This document shows positions 1 through 10,361 of a DNA stretch of 64,000 nt, one piece after another. Positions within the stretch are counted from its first letter, which is position 1. Each line of letters starts with the position of its first letter. The stretch lies in the sequence record OR352939.1. One strand, 5' to 3'. Both the position numbers and the translations under genes were made by a program. The stretch is from Escherichia phage AV109. The notes beneath the pieces are model-generated. The model was not told the DNA's origin. It searched no databases and saw nothing but the letters and a program-made list of their open reading frames with translations.

Positions 1-90
1 AATATCGTCCATAACGAAAGGCCACCGGGCAAAATTACTTAATGCACATGACGGCCACTTAAAATTGCTTCTTATTTCTAATTCAGACAT
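1..90 (-). CDS. partial CDS (N-terminal part, continues past window start), hypothetical
   Basis: ATG at 90-88 overlapping the stop of the ORF at 83-301; frame open to window edge. Confidence 0.3.
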   Translation of the reverse strand, partial: MSELEIRSNFKWPSCALSNFARWPFVMDDI

Positions 91-301
91 CTTTAACACT
101 TATAATTTCAATATCAGCCCAATGACCGTATCCAGGTATACGGTCTTCGATAGATAAATTTCCGTCATTTTTAGGCATTTTAATTGACGTAACGTATGGT
201 TCTAGACGGTTTTCTGCATAATACGGAAAAACGTCTGTTACACGATAAGTAACTTCGATCATTTCTGTACCCAACAATTTCTGAATTAATTTCTTTAACA
301 T
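83..301 (-). CDS. hypothetical protein (72 aa)
   Basis: ORF in tightly packed minus-strand array downstream of rIII. Confidence 0.4.
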   Translation of the reverse strand: MLKKLIQKLLGTEMIEVTYRVTDVFPYYAENRLEPYVTSIKMPKNDGNLSIEDRIPGYGHWADIEIISVKDV

Positions 302-302
302 A

Positions 303-497
303 TTATCCTCGCTTTAAACATTTGATTACAGACAGTTCACCACCCATGCGAACGTCTTCAGTTCCATCGACCCATAGGACGGTGTAGGCTTCTTTAATAG
401 TAGCATTACCTAATTTAAAAGCAGGTAAAACCTTTGAAATCATACCAGGAATACCTATACCTTTTAACTGGACAGTTTGTGATAAGAATAGTTGCAT
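303..497 (-). CDS. hypothetical protein (64 aa)
   Basis: ORF abutting neighbours with overlapping stop/start. Confidence 0.35.
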   Translation of the reverse strand: MQLFLSQTVQLKGIGIPGMISKVLPAFKLGNATIKEAYTVLWVDGTEDVRMGGELSVIKCLKRG

Positions 498-784
498 TAG
501 AACCTCATCTGAAATCCGTGTGATTTAACATTACCGCCATAAATGTCAGAGGTATTGACTTCACGTGCAGCGCTAGGGTCGATGTTAATATCATGGTTGA
601 GCTTAGTGATTGCTAGGGTATCACGACCATTGACGGTACGGAATTCTACAGGGCATACCACATCTGCATAAGCCTTAATAGATTCACGAGTAGGCTGTTT
701 GTCAGCAGGAACACCTTTACCGGCTTTAGAGAAAACAACTTCACAGAAATTTTTACGAGTATCGAAATAAGTGGTCATAAACAT
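497..784 (-). CDS. hypothetical protein (95 aa)
   Basis: ORF in same operon-like array. Confidence 0.4.
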   Translation of the reverse strand: MFMTTYFDTRKNFCEVVFSKAGKGVPADKQPTRESIKAYADVVCPVEFRTVNGRDTLAITKLNHDINIDPSAAREVNTSDIYGGNVKSHGFQMRF

Positions 785-822
785 AATATTTTCCTCAAGG
801 AGGCCGAAGCCTCCATTTAAGA

Positions 823-1188
823 TTAGATATCAAACTCGTTAAGAACTACATCAAAGATTGCTTCAAGATGTTCAGGTTTAGCTCGGTTACTCAGGATATG
901 ACGAATCCAAGTTTTAACTAAGAGTTTACGATTATCACCGTTCCAACAAGGATGAGTGCCTAAATCGCGTTCACGGAAATCATCATCTAAAGCGATTTTA
1001 AAGTTGGAACCTTCCTTAGTGATTGAAAGAGTGATACCGTTTTCAAATCGCATATAAACGTAGTTAGGAGTCATGCACTGCTCGATTTCACATACTGAAC
1101 CGTTTTCATGTTTCCACAAGCAAACCATGTCGATAGAACCAGCGATACCGTTAGAAACATATTTACGTTCGAAGTTGATGTAGTTCAT
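823..1188 (-). CDS. hypothetical protein (121 aa)
   Basis: ORF with GGAGAA Shine-Dalgarno upstream of ATG 1188 and early promoter upstream. Confidence 0.5.
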   Translation of the reverse strand: MNYINFERKYVSNGIAGSIDMVCLWKHENGSVCEIEQCMTPNYVYMRFENGITLSITKEGSNFKIALDDDFRERDLGTHPCWNGDNRKLLVKTWIRHILSNRAKPEHLEAIFDVVLNEFDI

Positions 1189-1229
1189 TTTATTCTCCGG
1201 TTGTTTTATTGATTAGGTGGTACAAGTCT

Positions 1230-1258
1230 ATAGTAACACATCCTACAGGAGAGTAAAC
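1230..1258 (-). promoter_or_regulatory. T4-type early promoter (GTTTAC -35, 17 nt spacer, TACTAT -10)
   Basis: minus-strand GTTTAC at 1258-1253 and TACTAT at 1235-1230. Confidence 0.5.
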
Positions 1259-1294
1259 ATCTTTTTAAACTTTTTCTGCCCTAAACGCACAAAA

Positions 1295-1312
1295 GGGAGA
1301 CCGAAGTCTCCC
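1295..1312 (-). terminator. intrinsic terminator hairpin GGGAGAC-UUCG-GUCUCCC followed by UUUUGUG
   Basis: perfect 7-bp stem with C(UUCG)G tetraloop on minus-strand RNA, U-tract 3' of stem, just after stop of 59-aa ORF. Confidence 0.65.
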
Positions 1313-1317
1313 TAAAA

Positions 1318-1497
1318 TTATGCAACAACCTTTCCAAAACGAGAAGCATCATCTCGAAGAACTGCACGTGCTCTGCGCATGATCTTCTCAACGGTTTGAT
1401 TAATACGAGAGTTCGACCCACGCTTGTATCCAGCGCGTTTAGAGGTACCATCAACTTTCTTTTCAACTGCTTTCTTTGCTTTAGCTTGTTTTGCCAT
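1318..1497 (-). CDS. small basic protein (59 aa), hypothetical; not in ORF track
   Basis: ATG 1497-1495 to TAA 1320-1318, translated by hand: MAKQAKAKKAVEKK...; followed by terminator hairpin. Confidence 0.4.
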   Translation of the reverse strand: MAKQAKAKKAVEKKVDGTSKRAGYKRGSNSRINQTVEKIMRRARAVLRDDASRFGKVVA

Positions 1498-1660
1498 TAT
1501 AAATTCTCTTTAAATGAAAATGCAGGACTTATTGACATTGCCTGCTCAAGCCCTCAATGGGAACATAGGTTTTGGATATTTAACGACAGGATAACCATAA
1601 ACCCGTCATCATACCTACCATGACTTACACAGCTAACCTTTTGCTGACGCATGATAGCAA

Positions 1661-1909
1661 TTATTTCAAAGTAATAACAAAATGACGTACTGCTTTACGA
1701 GCTGCAGAAGCCAAAGGCTTAGCATATTTCAGTTCATCTTTTGCTTCCAGTTCAGAAGCCAAAGCTGCCTGGACCGGGTTCAGATGTTTGAAATAACGCA
1801 AGATTTCCAGTGCTTCGGCTTCAACATCAATCGACGCGCCGTAGTTTTCATGACCATTATTCCATGCGTTTCGTTGCAGTTCAAGAGCGTGTTGTAATTG
1901 TTTAATCAT
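1661..1909 (-). CDS. rIII: rIII lysis-inhibition accessory protein (82 aa)
   Basis: size and position immediately downstream of gene 31 as in T4; sequence resembles remembered T4 rIII. Confidence 0.7.
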   Translation of the reverse strand: MIKQLQHALELQRNAWNNGHENYGASIDVEAEALEILRYFKHLNPVQAALASELEAKDELKYAKPLASAARKAVRHFVITLK

Positions 1910-2025
1910 TTTAAATTCTCAATTCGAGATAATATTTAGTAGCCACGTTCGTCTGAATTTCACCTTCTTTCGACAAGTCTCTCAGTTGTAGGCTACCGCT
2001 TAGAAGAGTGTTCTCTTCATATAGT

Positions 2026-2033
2026 TATTTATA
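2026..2033 (-). promoter_or_regulatory. late promoter motif TATAAATA upstream of rIII
   Basis: exact TATAAATA on minus strand directly after gene 31 stop. Confidence 0.35.
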
Positions 2034-2366
2034 TCACTTATAAAGACACGGAATAGCTTTATAGTGGCATGTTACGAATTTCTGTTTAATTTCTTTAGGT
2101 TGTTTAAGTCCCAAAGCCACAAATGGATGTGGAACATTTCGAATTTGTCCAACTGGTAGTGGAGTCAAATCACCGACTTCAACAAAACCTTCAGGAACAT
2201 CAGGACCTACAGAATGAACTACACATAGTTCAGGAACTTCACCTTGAACACGTTTACCAATCACAAGTCCTGATTCGGTAACTTCTTCATCACCTGCTTG
2301 AGCGGGTTCAGAAACCAGAATGACATATTCACCAACAGCACGAATTGGGAGTTGTACTTCAGACAT
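2034..2366 (-). CDS. 31: gp31 co-chaperonin (GroES analogue) for capsid protein folding
   Basis: near-identical to T4 gp31 ([34 protein letters not shown]...[11 protein letters not shown]). Confidence 0.92.
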   Translation of the reverse strand: MSEVQLPIRAVGEYVILVSEPAQAGDEEVTESGLVIGKRVQGEVPELCVVHSVGPDVPEGFVEVGDLTPLPVGQIRNVPHPFVALGLKQPKEIKQKFVTCHYKAIPCLYK

Positions 2367-2396
2367 CTTATTTCCTTGTTGTTTGACGATAGATTA

Positions 2397-2421
2397 ATAA
2401 TACCATACTATTCGTAAAGCA
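2397..2421 (-). promoter_or_regulatory. MotA-dependent middle promoter candidate (MotA box TGCTTTA, ~12 nt, TATTAT -10) for gene 31
   Basis: minus-strand ..atatGCTTTAcgaatagtatggTATTAT.. 30 nt upstream of gene 31 ATG. Confidence 0.4.
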
Positions 2422-2423
2422 TA

Positions 2424-2732
2424 TTACATAAGAAGCAAACGTTCTACCGGAGTACCATCAACCGAAATTACTTTATCAAGGCGGAAAGAACGCCACTGAC
2501 CTAACTCGGTATCGAATGCTCGAACTGATTCACGAGGTTCAGAACGAACTTCTGTTGATGGGTTACTATTTTCATATTTGACTTCAAGTTCGTCGCGGGA
2601 AGCAAACATCGTACGAACATCACCGTTAGCCTTTTCAAATACAACACAATGAACGCCTACAGACAGAATAGTTTTAATACATTCACGAAGAACCATAGTT
2701 TCTTGTTCAGTTAAAATCATATTATTCACCAC
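2424..2732 (-). CDS. hypothetical protein (102 aa)
   Basis: ORF between cd and 31. Confidence 0.45.
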   Translation of the reverse strand: MVNNMILTEQETMVLRECIKTILSVGVHCVVFEKANGDVRTMFASRDELEVKYENSNPSTEVRSEPRESVRAFDTELGQWRSFRLDKVISVDGTPVERLLLM

Positions 2733-3303
2733 AAAAGTTTCGAATTTGTTCCCAATTCAGAGAACGAAGATTATTACGAGAGTACTGAATTACTTCAATA
2801 CCGGCTTTTTTTAGAATGTCTGCCCAATTTTCAGGAGATCGGTCATATAATTCTGCATATACAACCTTTTTAATACCTGACTGTGTAATAGCTTTAGTGC
2901 AATCAGGACATGGAGAAAGCGTCGTATACAACGTAGCACCTTCAATAGAATTACCTTTACGAGCTGCAAACAAAATTGCATTCAATTCCGCATGGATTTC
3001 GTTATTAGCAGACCATGCACTATGAGCGGCCCGATGTTCTTTAGCCAAAACAAAATTATCCACCCGTCCAAATGCTGTAGTGCCTTCTTTATGCCCAGCA
3101 ACGATGACCGGGCTTGGTTTATTCTTCAACCAACCATTTTCGGATGCATGTTCGCAACAGTTTGTACCACCTGAAGGAGAGCCATTATAACCTGTAGAAA
3201 TAATGCGTCCATCTTTTTCAATGACGGCGCCAACTTTCCATGAACAACATTTTGATTCTTGAGAAATCAGATAAGCAATCTGAAGATATGTGCTAGCTTT
3301 CAT
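2722..3303 (-). CDS. cd: dCMP deaminase
   Basis: 193 aa; cytidine/dCMP deaminase zinc motifs HAELNAI and SPCPDC; T4 cd length and position. Confidence 0.9.
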   Translation of the reverse strand: MKASTYLQIAYLISQESKCCSWKVGAVIEKDGRIISTGYNGSPSGGTNCCEHASENGWLKNKPSPVIVAGHKEGTTAFGRVDNFVLAKEHRAAHSAWSANNEIHAELNAILFAARKGNSIEGATLYTTLSPCPDCTKAITQSGIKKVVYAELYDRSPENWADILKKAGIEVIQYSRNNLRSLNWEQIRNFCGE

Positions 3304-4295
3304 TATTGAACCTTATTAATATAAGTTAACAGCTCTTTAGTTTGTTCCCAACTGATGCACGCATCGGTAATGGAAACGCCATAGGACATATTATCAGAAA
3401 TTTTTTGATTTCCTTCATGTAGGAATGATTCTATCATAATTCCTTTGACCAAATCATTAGCTGCTAAATTTTTACCAATACCAATTTGATTGCTATAATG
3501 CCCATCAGCGTTTGCATGGCTACAGTCAACCATTACATAATGATTCAGACCTACTGCCCTTGCTTTGTTAGAAGCTTCTTGAATATCAGAAGAATGATAG
3601 TTCGGGCCGTTAGTCCCGCCACGCAATACGATATGCGTATTCTGATTACCTTCAGCTTCAACAATGCCTACAGTACCATCGACGTCCATACCCATATACC
3701 GATGAGGCCGCGCGGCACTATACATCGCGTCTGTAGCTACTTTAATAGAACCATTGGTTGCGTTCTTGAAGCCTACGCACATCGGTAGACCTGAAGCAAT
3801 TTCACGATGTGTCTGACTTTCAGTCGTACGGGCGCCAATAGCAACCCATGAGAAAATACCAGAAAGATACTTAATCGTGAATGGGTCTAATACTTCAGTT
3901 GCTAATGGAAGTCCCATACGTAGAAGTTTACGACACAATGTTCGTGCAACTATAAGACCGTGGTTCATATCAAAACTTCCGTCAAGATATGGATCATTTA
4001 CAAGACCTTTCCAACCTACGGTAGTTCGAGGCTTTTCAAAATAAACGCGCATCACTAACAGAACATTAGGAAGACGAGTTTGAAGTTCAGCCAGACGTTT
4101 GCCGTATTCAACAGCAGCAATAGGGTCATGAATTGAACAAGGACCTACAACAATAAGTTTGCGTGGGTCTTCACCGTTCATAATCGAATTAACTTGTTCG
4201 CGATGAGAAGCCACTTGTGATGCGTAAGCTTCCGACAAAGGAATAATCTCAGCCAGTTCTTTTGGAGAAATAAGTTTTCTGACGACAGGTAACAT
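3303..4295 (-). CDS. 3-deoxy-D-arabino-heptulosonate-7-phosphate (DAHP) synthase, class I alpha (AroG/AroF-like)
   Basis: 330 aa with hallmark blocks LIVVGPCSIHD, MRVYFEKPRTTVGWKGL, AIGARTTESQTHRE, CVGFKN, LRGG..PNY, GVSITDACI closely matching E. coli AroG; AAGGA SD before ATG 4295. Confidence 0.85.
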   Translation of the reverse strand: MLPVVRKLISPKELAEIIPLSEAYASQVASHREQVNSIMNGEDPRKLIVVGPCSIHDPIAAVEYGKRLAELQTRLPNVLLVMRVYFEKPRTTVGWKGLVNDPYLDGSFDMNHGLIVARTLCRKLLRMGLPLATEVLDPFTIKYLSGIFSWVAIGARTTESQTHREIASGLPMCVGFKNATNGSIKVATDAMYSAARPHRYMGMDVDGTVGIVEAEGNQNTHIVLRGGTNGPNYHSSDIQEASNKARAVGLNHYVMVDCSHANADGHYSNQIGIGKNLAANDLVKGIMIESFLHEGNQKISDNMSYGVSITDACISWEQTKELLTYINKVQ

Positions 4296-4415
4296 AACAA
4301 TCCTTAGGAGATATAAACAGATTCTGATTCAACAATACCTTTAACCGGATTAGACAGGCTAAGTTGGTAGTGCTCAGATTTATGACCATTCTCGATAGTA
4401 ATGAGATAGCTCTCA

Positions 4416-4652
4416 TTATAGTGTTCCATATACTCGAGTTGCTTCAACAAGACCATCACTGCCTAATTTAAGATTAGTAATTTGGTCACCATCTTTAGGA
4501 TTAACGATTATGAGAAAAGAACGTGGAGATTCTTGAATAACTCGTAATGTTGCATCCTGGAAACGTTCAGACACTTTATTGATGAGTGCTTGAGCAAATT
4601 CTTTTACTTTAATCTGAAATTCGTGTACTGTAATTGGATTTTCACTTAGCAT
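4416..4652 (-). CDS. hypothetical protein (78 aa)
   Basis: ORF with GAGGAAA SD; early promoter upstream. Confidence 0.45.
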   Translation of the reverse strand: MLSENPITVHEFQIKVKEFAQALINKVSERFQDATLRVIQESPRSFLIIVNPKDGDQITNLKLGSDGLVEATRVYGTL

Positions 4653-4678
4653 TTCGATTTCCTCATTTTGGTAGAGTC

Positions 4679-4708
4679 ATCATAACACAACTCTACAGTG
4701 TTGTAAAC
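4679..4708 (-). promoter_or_regulatory. T4-type early promoter (GTTTAC / TATGAT)
   Basis: minus-strand GTTTAC at 4708-4703, TATGAT at 4684-4679. Confidence 0.45.
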
Positions 4709-4984
4709 TTAAATTGCAAAACATTTAATTTCTTGTGAATCGAAATCAACTTCACACTGAATTACTAGATCAGCATCAAGTCCAAACACAACAATCACAT
4801 GAGCCGAGCTGGGCAACAACGTAACAGACACAGAATCCACTTGGTCAGGCACTAGTGTATTCAAAACGTAGAGTAGTTCAGAGTGGACCTTAAGCTCAGT
4901 AGCCGTATCCAGCTTATCAAAGAAATGATTTGCGATAATCTGACTAAAAACTACCTTTACAATTTCAGAATATTTAGGGAACAT
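4709..4984 (-). CDS. hypothetical protein (91 aa)
   Basis: ORF in cd-proximal array. Confidence 0.4.
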   Translation of the reverse strand: MFPKYSEIVKVVFSQIIANHFFDKLDTATELKVHSELLYVLNTLVPDQVDSVSVTLLPSSAHVIVVFGLDADLVIQCEVDFDSQEIKCFAI

Positions 4985-4991
4985 AATTACC

Positions 4992-5216
4992 TCAGTGCAC
5001 AGTATTTACTTTAACTCGAACAACAAATCGCTCGGTTGGTTCACCGACGGGAACAAACTCTACATGATATTCACCTTTGTAACGAGTATTCAGATCATTA
5101 CGAATTCCTGCGAGTTTGTTGATTAATGTAGGACTCATATTAAGTCCCACTAGTTTACGAAGCATTTTGTATGCTTCATCTTCGATTTCATGATGTTTAT
5201 CGTACATAGTTTTCAT
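4992..5216 (-). CDS. hypothetical protein (74 aa)
   Basis: ORF in array. Confidence 0.4.
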   Translation of the reverse strand: MKTMYDKHHEIEDEAYKMLRKLVGLNMSPTLINKLAGIRNDLNTRYKGEYHVEFVPVGEPTERFVVRVKVNTVH

Positions 5217-5387
5217 TTAACCATTCAATTGCCTGGTCGACGTTATCAAATATACCGCCGTCCAAACGTTCTTCACGCTCATAGTCCATCACATCAATAC
5301 CGAACTGTCCATTTACTAAAGGCCAGGCTACAAACAAATATTCTTTATGATGTTCGATGGCCTCAATCACTTCATATAATCGTTTCA

Positions 5388-5388
<1 letters not shown>
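5197..5388 (-). CDS. hypothetical protein (63 aa)
   Basis: ORF abutting pseT stop. Confidence 0.35.
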
Positions 5389-6474
<1,086 letters not shown>

Positions 6475-6475
<1 letters not shown>

Positions 6476-6774
6476 TATTTTATTCCTAAGAAAGTTTCAA
6501 GAATACGAATGTTATGCTCGCGCCGGTCTTTATTAATTTCAGCAACATTTTTATTAATTGACGTACTTCTAACGTTTGAAGAAATAAATTTAATCATATG
6601 ACTTTTGAGTTGTTGCAAATCCAACCCTTTTTCTTTAGCAGCTTTACGAAGAGCTTTACCTGCTTCATCTAGTGCCTTTGCTGCATCTTTGTCATAATCG
6701 ACAAGTGACATTCCACGGCAGATATCAATATACTCATCAGACCGTTTGATGTAATTCTCTAGTAATGTTTTCAT
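6475..6774 (-). CDS. hypothetical protein (99 aa)
   Basis: ORF with early promoter upstream. Confidence 0.45.
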
Positions 6775-6802
6775 TTAGATTTCCTCAATTATCCATAGGA
6801 GC

Positions 6803-6832
6803 ATTATACTCTGCTCCCGAGAGTTTGTAAAC
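6803..6832 (-). promoter_or_regulatory. T4-type early promoter (GTTTAC / TATAAT); near-duplicate of promoter at 38292-38321
   Basis: minus-strand GTTTACAAACTCTCGGGAGCAGAGTATAATGCTC. Confidence 0.55.
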
Positions 6833-7056
6833 TATTTTACTAAAGATTCAATATACTCATGAAGAGCTTTAGTAGCTACTGCCCACTTATTCTGATATTC
6901 ATTTTTCAGATTAGCACGAGACTGAACTAACAAGCGGTCATTAGTCGGAGGCAAAGATTCTAATCGTTGAATCTGGCGCCCATAAATCATAGCCGCCATT
7001 TCAGATTCATAGATAAGCCCTTTAATGTATTCATGCTGTTCTTTAGTCATTGGCAT
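6832..7056 (-). CDS. hypothetical protein (74 aa)
   Basis: ORF. Confidence 0.4.
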   Translation of the reverse strand: MPMTKEQHEYIKGLIYESEMAAMIYGRQIQRLESLPPTNDRLLVQSRANLKNEYQNKWAVATKALHEYIESLVK

Positions 7057-7337
7057 TTTTCCTCTTTTAAACCACTACGATAATAACATAACATAGTCTT
7101 CTGGTCATGTACATATCTTTTTATGTCGTTTAACCAGATACGAAATTCTTGAGAGTCTTCAAATGGCATTCCAACCCATGGATTACCATCAATAACCTTT
7201 ACTTGCCATTTCTGGTTATATTCGGAAATAGGCGTAGGCCATGAAGGATGTAAAGTTTCTTTAGGGCTTAAGGGCACATCCTGGGCACATCCAGCCAAAA
7301 TGCCAATAGATAATACAACTGCGGTTAATTTAATCAT
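7047..7337 (-). CDS. outer-membrane lipoprotein, probable o-spanin (T4 PseT.2-like)
   Basis: signal peptide with lipobox ILAGC; directly downstream of a TM plus coiled-coil ORF; matches T4 spanin position between alc and pseT. Confidence 0.6.
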   Translation of the reverse strand: MIKLTAVVLSIGILAGCAQDVPLSPKETLHPSWPTPISEYNQKWQVKVIDGNPWVGMPFEDSQEFRIWLNDIKRYVHDQKTMLCYYRSGLKEEKCQ

Positions 7338-7690
7338 TCTGAGAGCTTCCTGAGGTCTTCTGCAAAGGAATCGAAGGACCTGTTGATTTGTTTTTCGACC
7401 AATCCTGGCTTACTTGCCACCACGTTCTTCTTCTTCGAATCCTGACGGAGCTTTTCATTTTCGGCCTTAAGTTGGTCAACTAAAACACGGTTCTTATAAG
7501 TCATTTCTTCGATTGACTGATATTGAACCTTGAAGTCGTCTAATACTTTAGCATTGTTTTTAGCGGTCTCTTTGACAGAAGCTAATTCAGTATTCAGCGA
7601 ATCGACTTTATGGTTCAGAAATGCTATTGTTACAGTAGCAACAACTGCAAAAGCTGCCACTACAATATATGATGCATTTACTTTAAGCAT
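7334..7690 (-). CDS. N-terminal TM plus coiled-coil protein, probable i-spanin (T4 PseT.3-like)
   Basis: hydrophobic segment IVVAAFAVVATVTIAFL followed by charged helical region; overlaps start of lipoprotein ORF. Confidence 0.6.
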   Translation of the reverse strand: MLKVNASYIVVAAFAVVATVTIAFLNHKVDSLNTELASVKETAKNNAKVLDDFKVQYQSIEEMTYKNRVLVDQLKAENEKLRQDSKKKNVVASKPGLVEKQINRSFDSFAEDLRKLSE

Positions 7691-8178
7691 GTTTGAATAA
7701 TCTCAATGATTTCGTCTCGGGATAATCCATTGATAAGAACTGTTTTAGGCCCGTCAGTTTGGATTTTGTATGATTCAAACAATACACACAACTCTTCTGC
7801 TGTATGATATGGGCTTGAGATTCCGAGACGGTTAAATTTGTCGGTAAGAGGGTCGCAAATAATATAGAATTTGATACCTGCGATATGTACGTTTGGTTGA
7901 CTAATATTAATGAACACATTAGCGTCATATTTAGTCAAATTGTTTTGAAGAAATTCTACCATAGAATTAACTGCTTCTGGCATCGCTTCGCGTTTCTCTT
8001 CAGCGTATCGGGTTGAATACTCTTTTTGTTTTACTTTCTTTTTAAGATTTTTGGCCAGTGTAACACGTAGGTCAGTAAGATAACCAACTGGACGTCCTTT
8101 CTTAAAGACCCGGATTCCGTCAGTTGTGTCTCCAAAAGCGTTTACGACCATATCGTTAGTAATCAATTGCATATTCAT
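7678..8178 (-). CDS. alc: Alc-like protein (inhibitor of transcription from cytosine-containing DNA), 166 aa
   Basis: size and position between rnlA and pseT region as in T4; start placed at ATG 8178 (MNMQLI) preceded by AGGAGA SD, not the track start 8220 which lies in the promoter. Confidence 0.55.
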   Translation of the reverse strand: MNMQLITNDMVVNAFGDTTDGIRVFKKGRPVGYLTDLRVTLAKNLKKKVKQKEYSTRYAEEKREAMPEAVNSMVEFLQNNLTKYDANVFINISQPNVHIAGIKFYIICDPLTDKFNRLGISSPYHTAEELCVLFESYKIQTDGPKTVLINGLSRDEIIEIIQTCLK

Positions 8179-8207
8179 AATTTTCTCCTCGTGTTGTTGA
8201 TAAACCC

Positions 8208-8237
8208 ATAGTATCACCATCCTTGGTGTTTGTAAAC
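8208..8237 (-). promoter_or_regulatory. T4-type early promoter (GTTTAC / TACTAT)
   Basis: minus-strand GTTTACAAACACCAAGGATGGTGATACTAT upstream of alc. Confidence 0.5.
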
Positions 8238-8239
8238 CG

Positions 8240-9373
<1,134 letters not shown>

Positions 9374-9392
9374 TCAGTTAGTTTTTTTTTAA

Positions 9393-9422
9393 ATTGTACC
9401 ACAATCCTTGTGGTATGTAAAC
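9393..9422 (-). promoter_or_regulatory. T4-type early promoter (GTTTAC / TACAAT)
   Basis: minus-strand GTTTAC at 9422-9417 and TACAAT at 9398-9393 upstream of rnlA. Confidence 0.45.
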
Positions 9423-9832
9423 TACTTTTTCTTATGTTGGATATTCCAAGGCGGGTTGAACTTTTTGATAAAAAGTGGTTCTTCAAGGTCCATTGTTGCG
9501 ATGGTCATTGAACCAAGTTCGTTGGTGACTGAAAGGTCAAAACATTGGCGGGCCCAGAATTCAACCTTTTTGCCTTGCATTAAGGCATCCAAAATCATAA
9601 GTGATTTTCTTGAATCTGAAGTCTGGTCTTTTCGATTTATGGCTGTTCGATAATAGTTAATGCGTTTCTTTAAATTCTTGGTTTTACCAATATACACAAG
9701 TTCGTCATCTATAGCAATAGCATATATAACATTTTTCTTATTAGGGGCATCAATGGTTTTAATTGTTGCATCTTCTAATAGCTCCAATTCTATATATTTA
9801 ATAAAGGAATATTCGGCGGCAATATCTTTCAT
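9422..9832 (-). CDS. denA: endonuclease II (GIY-YIG family, host DNA degradation)
   Basis: 136 aa as in T4; GIY-YIG-like VYIGKT motif; position between nrdB and rnlA. Confidence 0.8.
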   Translation of the reverse strand: MKDIAAEYSFIKYIELELLEDATIKTIDAPNKKNVIYAIAIDDELVYIGKTKNLKKRINYYRTAINRKDQTSDSRKSLMILDALMQGKKVEFWARQCFDLSVTNELGSMTIATMDLEEPLFIKKFNPPWNIQHKKK

Positions 9833-9840
9833 AATAAAGT

Positions 9841-9854
9841 GGGACCGAAGTCCC
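9841..9854 (-). other. UUCG-tetraloop hairpin (GGGAC-UUCG-GUCCC) between nrdB stop and denA start
   Basis: 5-bp GC stem with C(UUCG)G loop, 8 nt upstream of denA ATG; no clean U-tract. Confidence 0.45.
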
Positions 9855-9858
9855 GTCC

Positions 9859-10361
9859 TTAGAAATATTTTTTGTATGAATTGATTACATTTTGGTCTAC
9901 ATCATTATCAATTTGTGCGACAAGATAAGAACTGATTTCAACTTCCTGAGGAGCTGCTTGAACTAAATCAGAGTTCAGATATTCACGAATCCAAGGATAA
10001 GGATGTTTGGTCGGAGCATCAGTAATTGGACACGGCAAACCACACTGTTTCATACGAGACACAGTCAAGTAATCAACAAAAGCACACATACTCTGTGTAT
10101 TGATACCTGGACATGTACCGTCTTTAAAGAGGTGTGCAGCCCATTCCTTCTCTTGACTATTTACTTCCATAAAAATGTCAACTGCTTCTTGTTCACATTC
10201 TTTAGCAATTTGAACCCACTCATCACCATCAGTACCGGATTGAAGTTGACGGATAATGTACTGAGTACCCTTGAGATGGAGTTGTTCGTCACGAGCAATG
10301 AACTTCATAATCTTTGCATTGCCTTCCATAATTTCCATATTCTTATGGAAATTAAATGTAC
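9859..10361 (-). CDS. nrdB: ribonucleotide reductase small subunit NrdB, exon 2
   Basis: encodes ..CTFNFHKNMEIMEGNAKIMKFIARDEQLH.. C-terminal half; joins exon 1 in frame to give a 392-aa product. Confidence 0.75.

Noticed and set aside
7678-8220. N-terminal extensions proposed by the ORF track for alc (8220), and similarly for ORFs starting at 49160, 50719, 56749 and 57600
   Set aside because: The extensions run through the -10 element and leader of the upstream early promoter and lack an SD; internal ATGs with strong SDs were used instead.
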